A stretch of DNA of 64,000 bases from Alphaproteobacteria bacterium. Lineage in GTDB: Bacteria > Pseudomonadota > Alphaproteobacteria > UBA8366 > JADFVY01. Each line of letters begins with the position of its first letter. Within the stretch, counting starts at the first letter, position 1. A model generated the notes under the pieces. It searched no databases. It saw only the letters and a list, made by a program, of their open reading frames with translations, and had not been told where the DNA came from. Both the position numbers and the translations under genes were made by a program. Of this stretch, positions 9,241 through 20,064 are shown in pieces. The DNA lies in the NCBI GenBank assembly GCA_041584475.1, contig JBFHDX010000004.1:8576-72575 (forward strand), written 5' to 3'.

Positions 9241-10098
9241 GTGATGGTTGCATTGCGCGCGTGGCACCGGCAACTGCGCCTCGGCATTCCGACGCTGCTG
9301 GGGCTTGCGCGCCGCGGCTTCTTCATCCCCTATCGCCATGCGGGCGAGGTTCCGGCGTCAGCGGACCGCACGCCGTACGATGCGCTCGGCGGCGTTCTCG
9401 ACCGCCGCCGTGATGCGTTTGCGGGCTGGCTCGACGTGATCGAACGATACGCCGACATGCTGGAATCGTTCGATGCGGGGCCGCCGCTGGCGCCACGCTG
9501 GACGCAGGACTGGTTTCCGCGGCTCGACGCCGCCGCGGCCTATGCGATTACGCGTGAAACGCGGCCCCGGCGCATCGTCGAGGTAGGTTGCGGCCACTCC
9601 ACCCGTTTCTTTGCCAGGGCCGTGGACGACGGGGCGCTGGCGACGCGGATCCTCGCGATCGATCCGGCCCCTCGCGCCGAGATCGGGCAGCTCGCAGGTG
9701 TCGAACTGCGTCGCGAGACCGTGCAGGCGGCGGGCGAAGCGCCGTTCCGCGCGCTGCGCCCGGGCGACATACTGGCCATCGACTCGAGCCACATCCTGAT
9801 GCCCGGCACCGACGTCGACATGCTTCTCAACCGCGTTCTCGTCTCGCTGCCGACAGGCGTGATGGTCCATGTCCACGACATCTTCCTGCCGGACGATTAC
9901 CCGCCCGACTGGGAATGGCGCGGCTACAACGAACAGCTCGGGGTGGCCCAGCTGGTCGCGGGTGCGGGATGGCGGATCGAGTTCGCGAGCCACTACGTGG
10001 TGACCCGCATGGCCGACCGTATCGCGCGGGGCGTCATCGGCCGCCTGCCCCTGCCCGCCGGGGCGCGGGAGTCGAGCCTCTGGCTCAAGAAACGGTGA
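9241..10098 (+). CDS. class I SAM-dependent methyltransferase-like protein
   Basis: RIVEVGCGHSTRFFA glycine-rich SAM motif, then ..ILAIDSSHI..VHVHDIF. Starts 4 nt after the preceding gene. Confidence 0.6.
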   Translation: MMVALRAWHRQLRLGIPTLLGLARRGFFIPYRHAGEVPASADRTPYDALGGVLDRRRDAFAGWLDVIERYADMLESFDAGPPLAPRWTQDWFPRLDAAAAYAITRETRPRRIVEVGCGHSTRFFARAVDDGALATRILAIDPAPRAEIGQLAGVELRRETVQAAGEAPFRALRPGDILAIDSSHILMPGTDVDMLLNRVLVSLPTGVMVHVHDIFLPDDYPPDWEWRGYNEQLGVAQLVAGAGWRIEFASHYVVTRMADRIARGVIGRLPLPAGARESSLWLKKR

Positions 10099-10192
10099 AC
10101 AGACGCGCGCAAAGCTTGATTGTCGCTTCGCCGCCCCGGCTGCCTATCTGGAGGGAGTCCGGTGCGCGAACCGTCTGCGGGGAACCAACGGC

Positions 10193-11545
10193 ATGGAAAT
10201 GGTAGCAGTGACGTGGCGATGGTGGTCGCCGAACAAATCCGGCGCCTTGCCGGCGCGGGTCAGCACCGCGATCGTACGACAACAGGATGCCAGCGAGCGT
10301 CTCGCCGCCTGGGTCCAGTTTGGGGTCGTCGTGTTCTTCGCCGTGCTGTACGCGGTGGCACCGAAGACCTATGCCGGCGACTGGATGTTCCCGCCCGTGA
10401 CATTCGCGCTCGCGGCGTTCTTCATCGTCGGCGTGGTCCGCATTGTCGTGGTCCGGAGGGGGCATGTACCGGGCTGGTTCGTCGCGGCATCCGTGGTCGC
10501 GGAGCTCACATTGCTGCTCGTCCTGATCTGGAGCTTCCACATCCAGTACGAACAACCCCCGGCGTTCTATCTCAAGGCCCCGACGCTACTATACATTTTC
10601 ATCTTCATCGCGCTGCGCGCCCTGCGCTTCGAGGCCCGTTACGTCCTGTTGGCCGGTGGAACCGCCGCCGTCGGCTGGCTGGCCATGGCCGCATACGCGG
10701 TCTACGCGGACCCGTCAACCGATGTCGTCACACGGGATTACGTGCGTTATCTGACGTCGAATTCGATCCTGATCGGCGCCGAGCTCGACAAGATCATCGC
10801 CATCCTGCTGGTTACCGCGATCATAGCGGCTGCCCTCGTGCGGGCGCGCCGGCTCTTGGTTCGCTCGGTCGTCGAGGAGGCTGCAGCCCGCGATTTGTCG
10901 CGGTTCTTCGCGCCCGAGATCGCATCGCGGATCATCGGCTCGGAAAATCGAATACGGCCCGGACACGGCGAGGCGCGCGAGGCCTCGATTCTGACCATCG
11001 ACATTCGTGGCTTCACGAATCTGGCCAACACGTTGCCGCCGTCGGAACTGATCGGCGTGCTCGTCGAGTACGAATCGCGGATGGTGCCCGTGATCCAGAG
11101 GCATGGCGGCTGCATCGACAAGTTCCTGGGCGACGGCATCCTTGCGACCTTCGGCGCGGCCGCCCCGAGCGAGACGCACGCCGCCGACGCGCTGCGCGCG
11201 CTCGAGGAGGTCGTAACCGCGGCGGACGACTGGAACCGTGAACGCGCAATGTCGGGCAAGCCGCCACTGCGGATCGGGGCGGCGGTCGCCACGGGCCGCG
11301 TCGTGTTCGGCGCCGTCGGCGACGACACGCGGCTCGAATACACGGTGATCGGCGACGCCGTGAACCTCGCCGCCAAGCTGGAGAAGCACAACAAGGTCGG
11401 CGAGACGCGCGCGCTGGCAGCCGACGATGCTTTCGAGCTGGCGACGCGACAAGGCTACGTTCCGTCGGGGGCGGTCGAGCGCGTAGGGCCGGTGCATATA
11501 CTCGGCGCCGAGGCGCCCGTCGATATCGTCATCGTGGCGCGCTAG
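10193..11545 (+). CDS. membrane-anchored class III adenylate/guanylate cyclase
   Basis: N-terminal multi-TM region, then a cyclase domain: ASILTIDIRGFTNL..GGCIDKFLGDGILATFGA..RIGAAVATGRVVFGAVG..EYTVIGDAVNLAAKLE. The metal-binding Asp residues and the Asn are present. Confidence 0.8.
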   Translation: MEMVAVTWRWWSPNKSGALPARVSTAIVRQQDASERLAAWVQFGVVVFFAVLYAVAPKTYAGDWMFPPVTFALAAFFIVGVVRIVVVRRGHVPGWFVAASVVAELTLLLVLIWSFHIQYEQPPAFYLKAPTLLYIFIFIALRALRFEARYVLLAGGTAAVGWLAMAAYAVYADPSTDVVTRDYVRYLTSNSILIGAELDKIIAILLVTAIIAAALVRARRLLVRSVVEEAAARDLSRFFAPEIASRIIGSENRIRPGHGEAREASILTIDIRGFTNLANTLPPSELIGVLVEYESRMVPVIQRHGGCIDKFLGDGILATFGAAAPSETHAADALRALEEVVTAADDWNRERAMSGKPPLRIGAAVATGRVVFGAVGDDTRLEYTVIGDAVNLAAKLEKHNKVGETRALAADDAFELATRQGYVPSGAVERVGPVHILGAEAPVDIVIVAR

Positions 11546-11553
11546 CGGTGCCG

Positions 11554-12726
11554 CTACTTGTAGGGGTCCGCGGCATCGCGAAGGCCGTCGCCGAGGAACT
11601 GGAACGCCAGGACGACGAGGATCACCGGGATGACCGGTAGCATGAGCCACGGATAGATCGCGACGACGTTGATGTTCTGCGCCTCGTTCAGCAGTACGCC
11701 CCAGCTCGTCATCGGCGGCCGCAGCCCCAGCCCGAGAAAGCTCAGCGCGGTCTCCGCCAGGATCATCGAGGGGATCGAGAGCGTGGCCGACGCGATCAGG
11801 TGGCTCATGAAGCTGGGCATGAGGTGACGAAAGATGACCCGGGTCGGCCGCGCGCCCATCAGCTGTGCCGCGGTGCAGAAATCCTCCTCGCGCAGGGCGA
11901 GGAACTTCGAGCGCACGGCGCGCGCGAGCCCCGGCCAGTCGAGTAGAGCCAGGATCACGGTTATACCGAGATAGACGAGCATCGGGCTCCACGTGACCGG
12001 GAGCGCAGCCGACAGGGCCATCCACAGCGGCAGCTCCGGGAACGAGCGGATCACCTCGATGGTCCGCTGGACGGCGCTGTCGACGAAGCCGCCGTAGTAG
12101 CCGGCGACCCCACCGATCGCCAGGCCCATGACAAAGCTCAGCGTGATGCCGATCAGCCCGACGGTCAGCGAGATGCGCGCGCCATAGACGATGCGCGAGA
12201 ACATGTCGCGGCCCAGCCGGTCGGTGCCGAACAGGAAGAGTTGGCCGCCTTCCGGCGGGCAGAGCAGGTGGAACCGGCCTTCCGCCAGCCCCCAGAACCG
12301 GTATGCCGATCCCGGATAGTCGTCGACACAGAAGAAACGCAGCGGCTGGATACGCGCCGCATCGATCGTGTAGTTCCAGCGCATCTTGGCCAGATCGAGC
12401 GACTTCGTGAAGGGATGCACGTAGGGACCGACGAACGCGCCGTCATGGAACAGGTGAATGCGCTGCGGAGGGGCGTAGAGAAAGTCGGTGTGGCGATGGT
12501 GCAGCTCGTACGGCGCGATGAATTCGCTGACCATGATCGAGAGATACATGAGCAGCAGGAAAACGCCGCACGCGACGGCGATGCGGTGCCGCCTGAACCG
12601 CCACCACATCAGCTTCCACTGGCTCGCCGTGTAATAGCGCTCCTGCTCCGGAGTCAGCTGCATCACGGCCTGCGGGTCGAACGGCGCCGCGTTGACGTAG
12701 TGCCGAACGTCGGTGCGGCCGCTCAT
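11554..12726 (-). CDS. ABC importer permease (YejE/DppC-type)
   Basis: 390 aa. N-terminal extension (..LTPEQERYYTASQWKLMWWRFRRHR..), then a membrane domain (..GTDRLGRDMFSRIVYGARISLTVG..). ATGA overlap with the upstream permease at 12723-12726. Confidence 0.85.
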   Translation of the reverse strand: MSGRTDVRHYVNAAPFDPQAVMQLTPEQERYYTASQWKLMWWRFRRHRIAVACGVFLLLMYLSIMVSEFIAPYELHHRHTDFLYAPPQRIHLFHDGAFVGPYVHPFTKSLDLAKMRWNYTIDAARIQPLRFFCVDDYPGSAYRFWGLAEGRFHLLCPPEGGQLFLFGTDRLGRDMFSRIVYGARISLTVGLIGITLSFVMGLAIGGVAGYYGGFVDSAVQRTIEVIRSFPELPLWMALSAALPVTWSPMLVYLGITVILALLDWPGLARAVRSKFLALREEDFCTAAQLMGARPTRVIFRHLMPSFMSHLIASATLSIPSMILAETALSFLGLGLRPPMTSWGVLLNEAQNINVVAIYPWLMLPVIPVILVVLAFQFLGDGLRDAADPYK

Positions 12727-13721
12727 TTCTGGGTTCCCCCGCCGAGCCGGATGCGCGGGTCAAGGGCGGCCAGCGCGAGATCGGAGATCAGCGTTCCGAT
12801 CACGGTCAGCAGCGCCAGGATCATGAGGAACGAGCCCGCGAGGTACATGTCCTGGCTCTGCAGCGCGCGCAGCAGCATCGGCCCGGTCGTCGGCAGCGAC
12901 AGCACGACGGAGACGATCGCCGCCCCCGAGATCACCTGCGGGAGCAAATTGCCGATGTCTGCGATGAACGGATTGAGCGCCACCCGCAACGGATACTTGA
13001 TGAGGATCCGGAACGGGTGCAGCCCCTTGGCGCGCGCCGTCACGACGTACTGCTTGTGCAGCTCGTCGAGGAGGTTGGCGCGCAGGCGGCGGATCATGCC
13101 GGCGGTGCCCGACGTGCCGATGACGACGACCGGTATCCAGAGATGCTCGAGGACCGAGATCACCTTCCCCCAACTCCAGGGCTGGTCGATGTACTGGGGT
13201 TCCATCAGACCCCCGATCGACGTCCCGAAATAGACGTTGGCGATCCAGAGCAGGACGAGCGCGAGCAGGAAATTCGGCGTCGCAAGCCCGACGAACCCGA
13301 GGAACGACAGGGCGTAGTCGCCGATGCTGTACTGATAGACCGCCGAATAGGTGCCGATCACGAAGGAGACGATCCAGGTGAAGACGATCGTCGCGAAGGA
13401 GACGACGAGGGTGAGCAGAATCCGGTCACCGACGACCTCGGACACCGGCAGGCTGTATTCGAACGAGTAGCCGAAATCGCCTTGCAGCAGCCCGCCGAGC
13501 CAGATGAAGTACTGCTCGACGAGCGATTTGTCGAAACCGTACTGCTGGCGCAGGAATTCGATTCGCTCGGCGCTGACGGATTCGCCCTGGCTCTGGAGCT
13601 CGTTCAGGTAGGTGGTGAAATAGTCGCCCGGCGGCAGCTGGATGATGATGAACACGAGCGCGCTGATGGCGACCAGCGTCGGCACCATGACCAGCACCCT
13701 GTGTACCGTGTAACGAAGCAT
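12723..13721 (-). CDS. ABC importer permease (YejB/DppB-type)
   Basis: 332 aa reading MLRYTVHRVLVMVPTLVAISALVFIIIQLPPGDYF.., a typical Opp/Dpp-family permease N-terminus, with multiple TM segments. Confidence 0.85.
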   Translation of the reverse strand: MLRYTVHRVLVMVPTLVAISALVFIIIQLPPGDYFTTYLNELQSQGESVSAERIEFLRQQYGFDKSLVEQYFIWLGGLLQGDFGYSFEYSLPVSEVVGDRILLTLVVSFATIVFTWIVSFVIGTYSAVYQYSIGDYALSFLGFVGLATPNFLLALVLLWIANVYFGTSIGGLMEPQYIDQPWSWGKVISVLEHLWIPVVVIGTSGTAGMIRRLRANLLDELHKQYVVTARAKGLHPFRILIKYPLRVALNPFIADIGNLLPQVISGAAIVSVVLSLPTTGPMLLRALQSQDMYLAGSFLMILALLTVIGTLISDLALAALDPRIRLGGGTQK

Positions 13722-13751
13722 TGCCGCGGGTCCCGATCGCCGACCGAGGGC

Positions 13752-15638
13752 TCAGTCGTCGAACCAGAACGTGTCCGGCCCGTAGATGCCGAAATGCGCG
13801 CCCGGGTCCCAGCTGTACAAGCCCTCGTCCGGGACGTTGCGCAGCTTGGCGTTGACGACCACCGGCTGCATCGCCCCGCTGACGATACCGATCGTGAACA
13901 GCTGGTCGGTCCAGATATCGAGCATCTGGTGCCAGATCTGCGCGCGCCGCGACCGCTGCCCGGCCTCGTACCATTCGCCGAGCAGCGCAAGCAGCCGCTT
14001 CGCCTCCGGCATGTCCGCCGGCTCGCCGCTGCGCCCGCCGGTCTCGATGTACTGGCCCCACATCGGCCACTGGTAATGGATCTGTCGCGTCGGCGCGAGC
14101 TCTTCCGGGATCGTGTCGGCCGCCGGCAAGCCGTTTTCGAGTCCCTCCCAGATCGACATCAACGTCTCCCCGGCATAGATCCGGTTGCGGACGACTTCGC
14201 GCTGCGACGGCTTGCTGTGGAGCTGAATGCCGACCTTCCGCCAGCTGTCGCGAACGAGCGCGAGGACATCGGTCTGTTCCGTGCTTTCGCCGGCGGTCTC
14301 GACGATGATTTCCATGGCACGGCCGTCGGGAAGCAGCCGCAGGCCGCGACCGTCGCGCTGCGTGAGCCCGATCTCGTCGAGCAGGCGGTTTGCCTCCGCG
14401 ACGTCGAAGTCGGTCCAGGCCTTCTGGTAGGTGTCGCGGAACAGGGGGCTCTGCGGTAGTACCGTGTTCTGCGAGGGGATCGCCAGGCCGTAATAGATCA
14501 CCTGGTTGACCTCGTGGCGGTCTATCGCCAGCGACAACGCACGCCTGAACCGAACGTCGCGCAGCACCGTGCGCCATGCCAGGTCGCGCACGTTGAGGTT
14601 CGGATAGAGGGTCATGTGCGATCCCTTGCCGTCGCGCCACAACAGCGTGCGAAACCCGTTTCTTTCCTCGTTTTGCTTGAGAAAAGTGTAATTGTCGAAG
14701 CGCAGGTATCGTGCCTGCAGATCGGATTCGCCGGTGCCGGTCTTCGCCGGGATGATCTTGGCGTTGGCGATCTGCATCACCACCCGGTCGATGTAGGGGA
14801 GCTGCCGTCCCTCCGGGTCGACACGATGGAAATACGGGTTGCGGACGAATATGAAACGCTCCGAGGGCATGCGCGTCGTGTTGATCCACGGCTGCAGGCT
14901 CGGCAGTTCCGTGTTGTCGTTCTTGTAGAGGTTGTCCACCATGTTGTGCAGCGCCGCCCAGTTGCGCTGGCCCTTCTCGGCTGCCAGCCGGTTCAGCGTC
15001 GCCTCGTCCGCGTAGCGCGCGTGAAACCGTTTCAGGTAATGGGCCGGCCGATAGATGAAGAGCGGACTCGCCGAGGCCAACGCCGGCAGGAATTTCGGAT
15101 TGGGTCGCGACCAGCTGAAGCGGATCGTCGCCTGGTCGATGATTTCGACCGTCGGCAGTTCGCCGTCGAGTCGCAGCTCAATCGGCGGGCCGGTCGGCGT
15201 CAACTGCCGATTCTGGGCGACGTCTTCCCACCAGTAGCGGAAATCCTCGGTCGTGAACGGCGCGCCGTCGGACCAGCGGTGCCCGGGGCGGAGGTGCAGC
15301 GTGAAGCTGCGCCCGTCCTCGATTTCGATGTCCCTGAGAATGTCGGGGACGATCTCGTAATCGTGCCGGTAGCGGGCGAGGCGCGCGTAGCCATAGACGA
15401 CCATTTGCCGCACATCCTTCGTGCGCGCCATCAGCAGGTTCAGGGTTCCGCCGTATCTGCCGATCGTGCGGCCGTCATTCATCTCCACGGTGAGCGGCGG
15501 CCGCGGCAGTCGATCGCCGACCGGGGGCAGCGTCCCCGCAGCCACCGCATCCGCAAGAAAGGGCGGTTCGACGGGCCCCGCCGCAGCCGCCGTCGAAACG
15601 GCGAGAACCGCGGCAAGGCAAGATAACGAGCACCTCAT
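13752..15638 (-). CDS. ABC importer substrate-binding protein, family 5 (YejA/peptide-opine-oligosaccharide type)
   Basis: Starts at an internal ATG (15638-15636) giving signal peptide [22 protein letters not shown]. ~628 aa. The start shares one base with the upstream ATPase stop (TGATG). The longer track ORF (to 15923) overlaps the ATPase gene. Confidence 0.8.
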   Translation of the reverse strand: MRCSLSCLAAVLAVSTAAAAGPVEPPFLADAVAAGTLPPVGDRLPRPPLTVEMNDGRTIGRYGGTLNLLMARTKDVRQMVVYGYARLARYRHDYEIVPDILRDIEIEDGRSFTLHLRPGHRWSDGAPFTTEDFRYWWEDVAQNRQLTPTGPPIELRLDGELPTVEIIDQATIRFSWSRPNPKFLPALASASPLFIYRPAHYLKRFHARYADEATLNRLAAEKGQRNWAALHNMVDNLYKNDNTELPSLQPWINTTRMPSERFIFVRNPYFHRVDPEGRQLPYIDRVVMQIANAKIIPAKTGTGESDLQARYLRFDNYTFLKQNEERNGFRTLLWRDGKGSHMTLYPNLNVRDLAWRTVLRDVRFRRALSLAIDRHEVNQVIYYGLAIPSQNTVLPQSPLFRDTYQKAWTDFDVAEANRLLDEIGLTQRDGRGLRLLPDGRAMEIIVETAGESTEQTDVLALVRDSWRKVGIQLHSKPSQREVVRNRIYAGETLMSIWEGLENGLPAADTIPEELAPTRQIHYQWPMWGQYIETGGRSGEPADMPEAKRLLALLGEWYEAGQRSRRAQIWHQMLDIWTDQLFTIGIVSGAMQPVVVNAKLRNVPDEGLYSWDPGAHFGIYGPDTFWFDD

Positions 15639-17542
15639 CAGGCGTTCTCCATCTCGATTGCGTCCAGGTCCGCGCGTGCGTCGATGCGCACCAAGTGATC
15701 GTGCCCGACGGCGCGCAATACGGGGGAAGCGGTCGCGTTTTCGGCGAACGGAGGCGGCCAGGCCGCGGGGTCCGACGCGCGTTCCTCCATGAGCCGCTCG
15801 AAATGCAGCGGGTGGTCGAGGCTCGGTTCCGGGACCGCCGCCAGCAGGCCCTGGGTGTATGGGTGGACCGGGTTGCGGAACAGGATGTCTCTCGGTGCCA
15901 GCTCGACGAGGCGTCCGCGGCACATGACCGCGATGCGGTCGGCGATATAGTCGACGACGGCCAGGTTATGCGAGATGAACAGATAGGTCAGCCCGAGCGC
16001 CGACTGCAGGTCCTTGAGCAGGTTCAGGATCTGGGCCTGGATCGAGACGTCGAGCGCCGACACCGGTTCGTCGCAGATCAGAAGGTTGGGACGCAGGGCG
16101 AGGGCCCGCGCGATGCCGATCCGCTGCCTCTGGCCGCCGGAAAAGCTGTGCGGGAAGCGCCTGGCGTGACGGATGTCGAGACCGACCAGCCGCAGCAGTT
16201 CCTCGACGAGCTCATTGCGCTGCTTGCGGTCGCCGATACCGTGGATCAGCAGCGGTTCCGCGATGATGTCGGCGACGCGCATACGCGGATTCAGCGAACC
16301 GAACGGATCCTGGAATATGAACTGAATCTTGCGCCGGAAGGCCATCAGGTCATCACCCTCCAGCGCCAACACGTCAATCGGACCGTCCGGCCCGTTATAT
16401 TCCACGCTGCCGGAATCCGGGGTGAGCGCACGCATGATGATCTTGCTGAGGGTGGTCTTGCCGCAGCCGCTCTCGCCGACGAGGCCCAGGCACTCGCCGC
16501 GGCGGATTTCGAAACTGACGCCGGCGACGGCGTCGATCCGGGCGGCTTCGGCGGTGCCGATCCACGACTCCGTTCGGATCGTGAAGGTCTTTCGGACGTC
16601 GCGGACCGTCAGCAGCGGCGAGACATCGTCGGCACGACGTTCGGTGGGCTCGGCGATCGCGTGCTGCAACAGCGCCCCGGTCGGGGGCGCGATCTCGCGG
16701 ATCGGCACGAGCCGTTCCCCCGGTTCCATGCTGAACCTCGGTACGGCCTTGAGCAGGGCCTTAAGATAGGGATGACCCGGGGTGCGGAATATGTCCTCCA
16801 GCCGTCCCGATTCCATGATTTCGCCGTGATACATGACGACGACCCGCTCAGCGGCGTTGGCGACGACGCCCAGATCATGCGTGATGATCAGGACCGCCAT
16901 GCCCAGCTCCCGCTGCAGATCCCTGATCTGCTTGAGGATCTGCGCCTGGATCGTGACGTCGAGCGCGGTCGTCGGCTCGTCTGCGATCAGCAGCGCCGGG
17001 TGACATATCAGCGCCATGGCGATCATCGCGCGCTGGCGCAGGCCGCCCGACAGTTCGAAAGGATAGGTCTTCATGGCGCGGTCCGGATCCGGAAATCCGA
17101 CCAGGCGCAACATCTCGCGGGTTGCTTCGCGACCTTCCGCCCGGCTGCACGCGCGGTGCAGGTGGAGCGCCTCGGCGACCTGGTTGCCGACCGTGTGCAG
17201 CGGTGACAAGGACGTCATCGGCTCCTGGAAGATGATCGAGATGCGGCCGCCACGGATCGACCGCATTTCGCTCCCGTCGGCATCGAGGGCCGCTATGTCG
17301 ACGGGCCCGGCGCGCGTCGGGTCCCGAAACAGTATCGAGCCGGAGGTAATGCGTGCCGCCTTCGGCAGGATGCCCATGATGGCTTGCGAGACAACGGTCT
17401 TCCCGGAACCCGATTCGCCGACGAGCGCAACCGTGGAGCCCGGCGGCACCGAGAACGAGACGCCGCGTACGGCTTCGATCCGGCCTTCCGCGAGATCGAA
17501 GGACACCCTCAGGTCGCGAACCGTCAGCAGGTCGTCGGTCAC
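15638..17542 (-). CDS. ABC importer ATPase, two fused NBDs (YejF-type)
   Basis: Walker [10 protein letters not shown] and GESGCGKTT; signatures LSGGLRQR and FSGGQRQR; Walker [13 protein letters not shown] and [12 protein letters not shown]. The GTG start overlaps the upstream stop (GTGA). Confidence 0.9.
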   Translation of the reverse strand: MTDDLLTVRDLRVSFDLAEGRIEAVRGVSFSVPPGSTVALVGESGSGKTVVSQAIMGILPKAARITSGSILFRDPTRAGPVDIAALDADGSEMRSIRGGRISIIFQEPMTSLSPLHTVGNQVAEALHLHRACSRAEGREATREMLRLVGFPDPDRAMKTYPFELSGGLRQRAMIAMALICHPALLIADEPTTALDVTIQAQILKQIRDLQRELGMAVLIITHDLGVVANAAERVVVMYHGEIMESGRLEDIFRTPGHPYLKALLKAVPRFSMEPGERLVPIREIAPPTGALLQHAIAEPTERRADDVSPLLTVRDVRKTFTIRTESWIGTAEAARIDAVAGVSFEIRRGECLGLVGESGCGKTTLSKIIMRALTPDSGSVEYNGPDGPIDVLALEGDDLMAFRRKIQFIFQDPFGSLNPRMRVADIIAEPLLIHGIGDRKQRNELVEELLRLVGLDIRHARRFPHSFSGGQRQRIGIARALALRPNLLICDEPVSALDVSIQAQILNLLKDLQSALGLTYLFISHNLAVVDYIADRIAVMCRGRLVELAPRDILFRNPVHPYTQGLLAAVPEPSLDHPLHFERLMEERASDPAAWPPPFAENATASPVLRAVGHDHLVRIDARADLDAIEMENA

Positions 17543-18045
17543 GCCGCAACCCCGCGCTCGCTTCGGGTTCTCACGTCGATGCCGAGCGCGCCGAAATTGG
17601 CGACGGCGGCGTCATTGAGCGGAATCGCACGGTCTTGCGCGGTGCTGGCGACCGCCGCGGCGAGCTGCTCGAAGCGGTCGATCGTCGAATCGACGCGAAT
17701 GCGACGATGGCGCCCGCTGACCTTGAGCTGCATCCAGCCGCGCGGCGGTTCGCGACGGGTGGCGAAATAGTCGAGCCGCAACTGCGTCACATCGCGCCAC
17801 GGGATGTGACACGGCATCGGGCCGCGCGAGCGGATGCCGTCGACGGTGAGTTCGATGACGGTGGCCTGGCGCAAGCCGGTGCGTAGCGCGAAAGCGCCGA
17901 ACAGAAGTGCCACGGCCCCCAGCACGACGGCCACGACGGGCGCCGGCTCGAGCAGCAACAGCGGCCCCGCGGTGACCGCGAGACCGAAGCCGGCGCGCGC
18001 GTAATCGGCCGCGAGTACCCTCGCCGGATAACGGTGTCGGCTCAT
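17539..18045 (-). CDS. small membrane protein, unknown function (2 TM plus soluble domain)
   Basis: Starts at an internal ATG (18045-18043) of track ORF 17539..18771. Sequence reads [54 protein letters not shown].. followed by ~100 soluble residues. ATGA overlap upstream and GTGA overlap downstream. Confidence 0.5.
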   Translation of the reverse strand: MSRHRYPARVLAADYARAGFGLAVTAGPLLLLEPAPVVAVVLGAVALLFGAFALRTGLRQATVIELTVDGIRSRGPMPCHIPWRDVTQLRLDYFATRREPPRGWMQLKVSGRHRRIRVDSTIDRFEQLAAAVASTAQDRAIPLNDAAVANFGALGIDVRTRSERGVAA

Positions 18046-18905
18046 CTGCGCGGTCCCGCGATCGTCTCGAACCCAGAGATCCAGTGACCCGCGGGATGAT
18101 CCGAGACCACCGCAACGAGACGCGACAGGAAGCGCCAGCACGCCGCATCGTGGTCTCGATGGTGGGTCAGCAGGCCGGTCGGCTCGTCGCCGTCCGCCGC
18201 GCCGGTGCGGCGCGCCGCGAGGTGGGAAATCGCCAAGCGGAGAACCGCGGCTTCGCCCACGAAGCGCCGCGTCCCGCGCCAGTCGATGATGTCCACATGG
18301 GTGTTGACGACGGCCGCACCGCTGCCGTGCCGGCGTGCGCCGTACGCCGATAGGCCGACGAGTCCGGCCTCGCCGAGGCGGTCGGCGAGGGCAGGGGCGA
18401 CGCGGTTCCACGGTGGCACGAGGATCGGCCGAAACCGCTCGCCAAAAAGGGATCGCAGGCGCCGCCGGCCGTGCGTCAATTCGTCGAGCATCACCGGCTG
18501 CGGCCGGTGCAGGCCGAACTCCGCTTTCTTCTCGGTGGCCGGCGCATGATTGATGTGCGCAAAGCCGTGCTGGAGGATCGATAGCTGGCCGCCGCGGGCA
18601 GCGATTTCGTCGACGGTTTCGGCGAGCTCGTCGCGAGCGGCGGCGGGGATAACCGCGAGCGCCAGTGGCGTCGTTCCCGCGACATTGAAGAGTCTCGACA
18701 ACTTCCTGCCGGGCCGCGTCGCGTCGTCGTCGCGCCACCAGAACGTCGCCCGCCGACCGCAGACACCCCAAGCGTCGAGTTCGGCCGTCAAGGCCGCCCA
18801 GGTCCCCGCCGCCGGGGCCACGGCGACCGCTGCGTCCACCCCGGTCATCTCCTCTGCCAGCGCCCTGCCCGCCATGCCGCGAGTATAGGCACAGTTGGGC
18901 GGCAT
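18042..18905 (-). CDS. polysaccharide deacetylase-like protein
   Basis: 287 aa reading ..ATFWWRDDDATRPG..LALAVIPAAA..ILQHGFAHINH.., which resembles the glycoside hydrolase/deacetylase superfamily. The assignment is by pattern only. Confidence 0.5.
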   Translation of the reverse strand: MPPNCAYTRGMAGRALAEEMTGVDAAVAVAPAAGTWAALTAELDAWGVCGRRATFWWRDDDATRPGRKLSRLFNVAGTTPLALAVIPAAARDELAETVDEIAARGGQLSILQHGFAHINHAPATEKKAEFGLHRPQPVMLDELTHGRRRLRSLFGERFRPILVPPWNRVAPALADRLGEAGLVGLSAYGARRHGSGAAVVNTHVDIIDWRGTRRFVGEAAVLRLAISHLAARRTGAADGDEPTGLLTHHRDHDAACWRFLSRLVAVVSDHPAGHWISGFETIAGPRR

Positions 18906-18918
18906 CGCATAGTCACCC

Positions 18919-20064
18919 TCAACCGCGCGGTGCGTCCATCAATTCCACGATGGTACGGGCGGTTCCGCCGGCGCCGTCGAGATTGACCGTTGTCGGGGCC
19001 GGCGCCGGCATGGCGGCGGCGGCGTCGATCTCGGCGGCCAGGCCGGCCGCCGTCAACGCGTCCTCAGCGAGGGTCCGCACCCGTCCGTGGTCGGCGAGCA
19101 ATTGCGCACGTAGACCCTGCTCCGTCTCCTTTCGCTCGCTGAAGGGCACGAGCACGGCCCGCACACCGGTGACCAGGATGTCCATCACCGTGTTGTACCC
19201 GGCCTGGCTCACGGAGACGTCCGCGCCGGCGAGCAGCTCCCGGTAATCCGTCCGCAGCGTATCGATCGTCACACCCGGCGGCGGCGACAGCGCTTCCCGC
19301 TCTGCGGCGGGCAGGTTCGGCCCGGTAACGAGGCGCCATGGCGCCTCGCCGAGGCGACTGAGCGAACGCGCCTCGAGCGCCGTTCGCAGCAGCCGCCCGC
19401 CGACCGCGCCACCGCCGGCGGCGACGACCACGGCGCTGCGGTCGCGTTCCGATAGCGTGCGTTCGGGTCGCGGCGGGGCAACGTATCCGGTATAGCGGAT
19501 CCGGTCGCGAATCCTGTCGGCCGCCGCGAACGTGGCGTCGAAGGGGACCAGTGTCGGATCGCCATGCACCAGAACGGCTTCGAAATACCGGCGGATCGTC
19601 CCGACCACCGCGTTGAGACGGTTCGCATCGTGCTTCGGCACCAGGATGTCGCGAACCGAAACGGCGGCCCGCACCTTGGCGTCGCGCGCGGCCTCGAGCA
19701 GCGGAAGCAGCTCGAACCGAAATTGCCAGCGCCCGAACGGAAAGGTCTCGACAAGGATGAAATCGGGCCGCTCGTCCGCGAATGCCTGGAGCAATGCGCG
19801 TCGGCGGCGGTCGCGCCAGCCGTCGTCGATGTCCCGCCCGTCGGCGTCGATGAGCCGCGCGAAACTGGCGTCGGCGGCCCGCACCGGCGGCAGCTGCACG
19901 CGACGCGCGTTCCCCAGATCCGCGATTTCGCCCGTTTCGCCTCCCGAGACGCAGGTGACATCCAGGCCGTGCCACTGCAATGCCCGGATTATGGCCGCGG
20001 CCCGTATCTGGTGACCGATGCCCAGCAGGTGCTGCACGTAGACGAAGACACGGCGCCCGGTCAT
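18919..20064 (-). CDS. glycosyltransferase (GT28/MurG C-terminal-domain type), paralogue of 23050..24294
   Basis: Starts at an internal ATG (20064-20062) in ATGA overlap with the phosphatase stop. Sequence reads MTGRRVFVYVQHLLGIGHQIRAAAIIRAL..SQAGYNTVMDILVTGVRAVLVPF... The 5' 270 codons of the track ORF overlap the phosphatase gene out of frame. Confidence 0.7.
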   Translation of the reverse strand: MTGRRVFVYVQHLLGIGHQIRAAAIIRALQWHGLDVTCVSGGETGEIADLGNARRVQLPPVRAADASFARLIDADGRDIDDGWRDRRRRALLQAFADERPDFILVETFPFGRWQFRFELLPLLEAARDAKVRAAVSVRDILVPKHDANRLNAVVGTIRRYFEAVLVHGDPTLVPFDATFAAADRIRDRIRYTGYVAPPRPERTLSERDRSAVVVAAGGGAVGGRLLRTALEARSLSRLGEAPWRLVTGPNLPAAEREALSPPPGVTIDTLRTDYRELLAGADVSVSQAGYNTVMDILVTGVRAVLVPFSERKETEQGLRAQLLADHGRVRTLAEDALTAAGLAAEIDAAAAMPAPAPTTVNLDGAGGTARTIVELMDAPRG

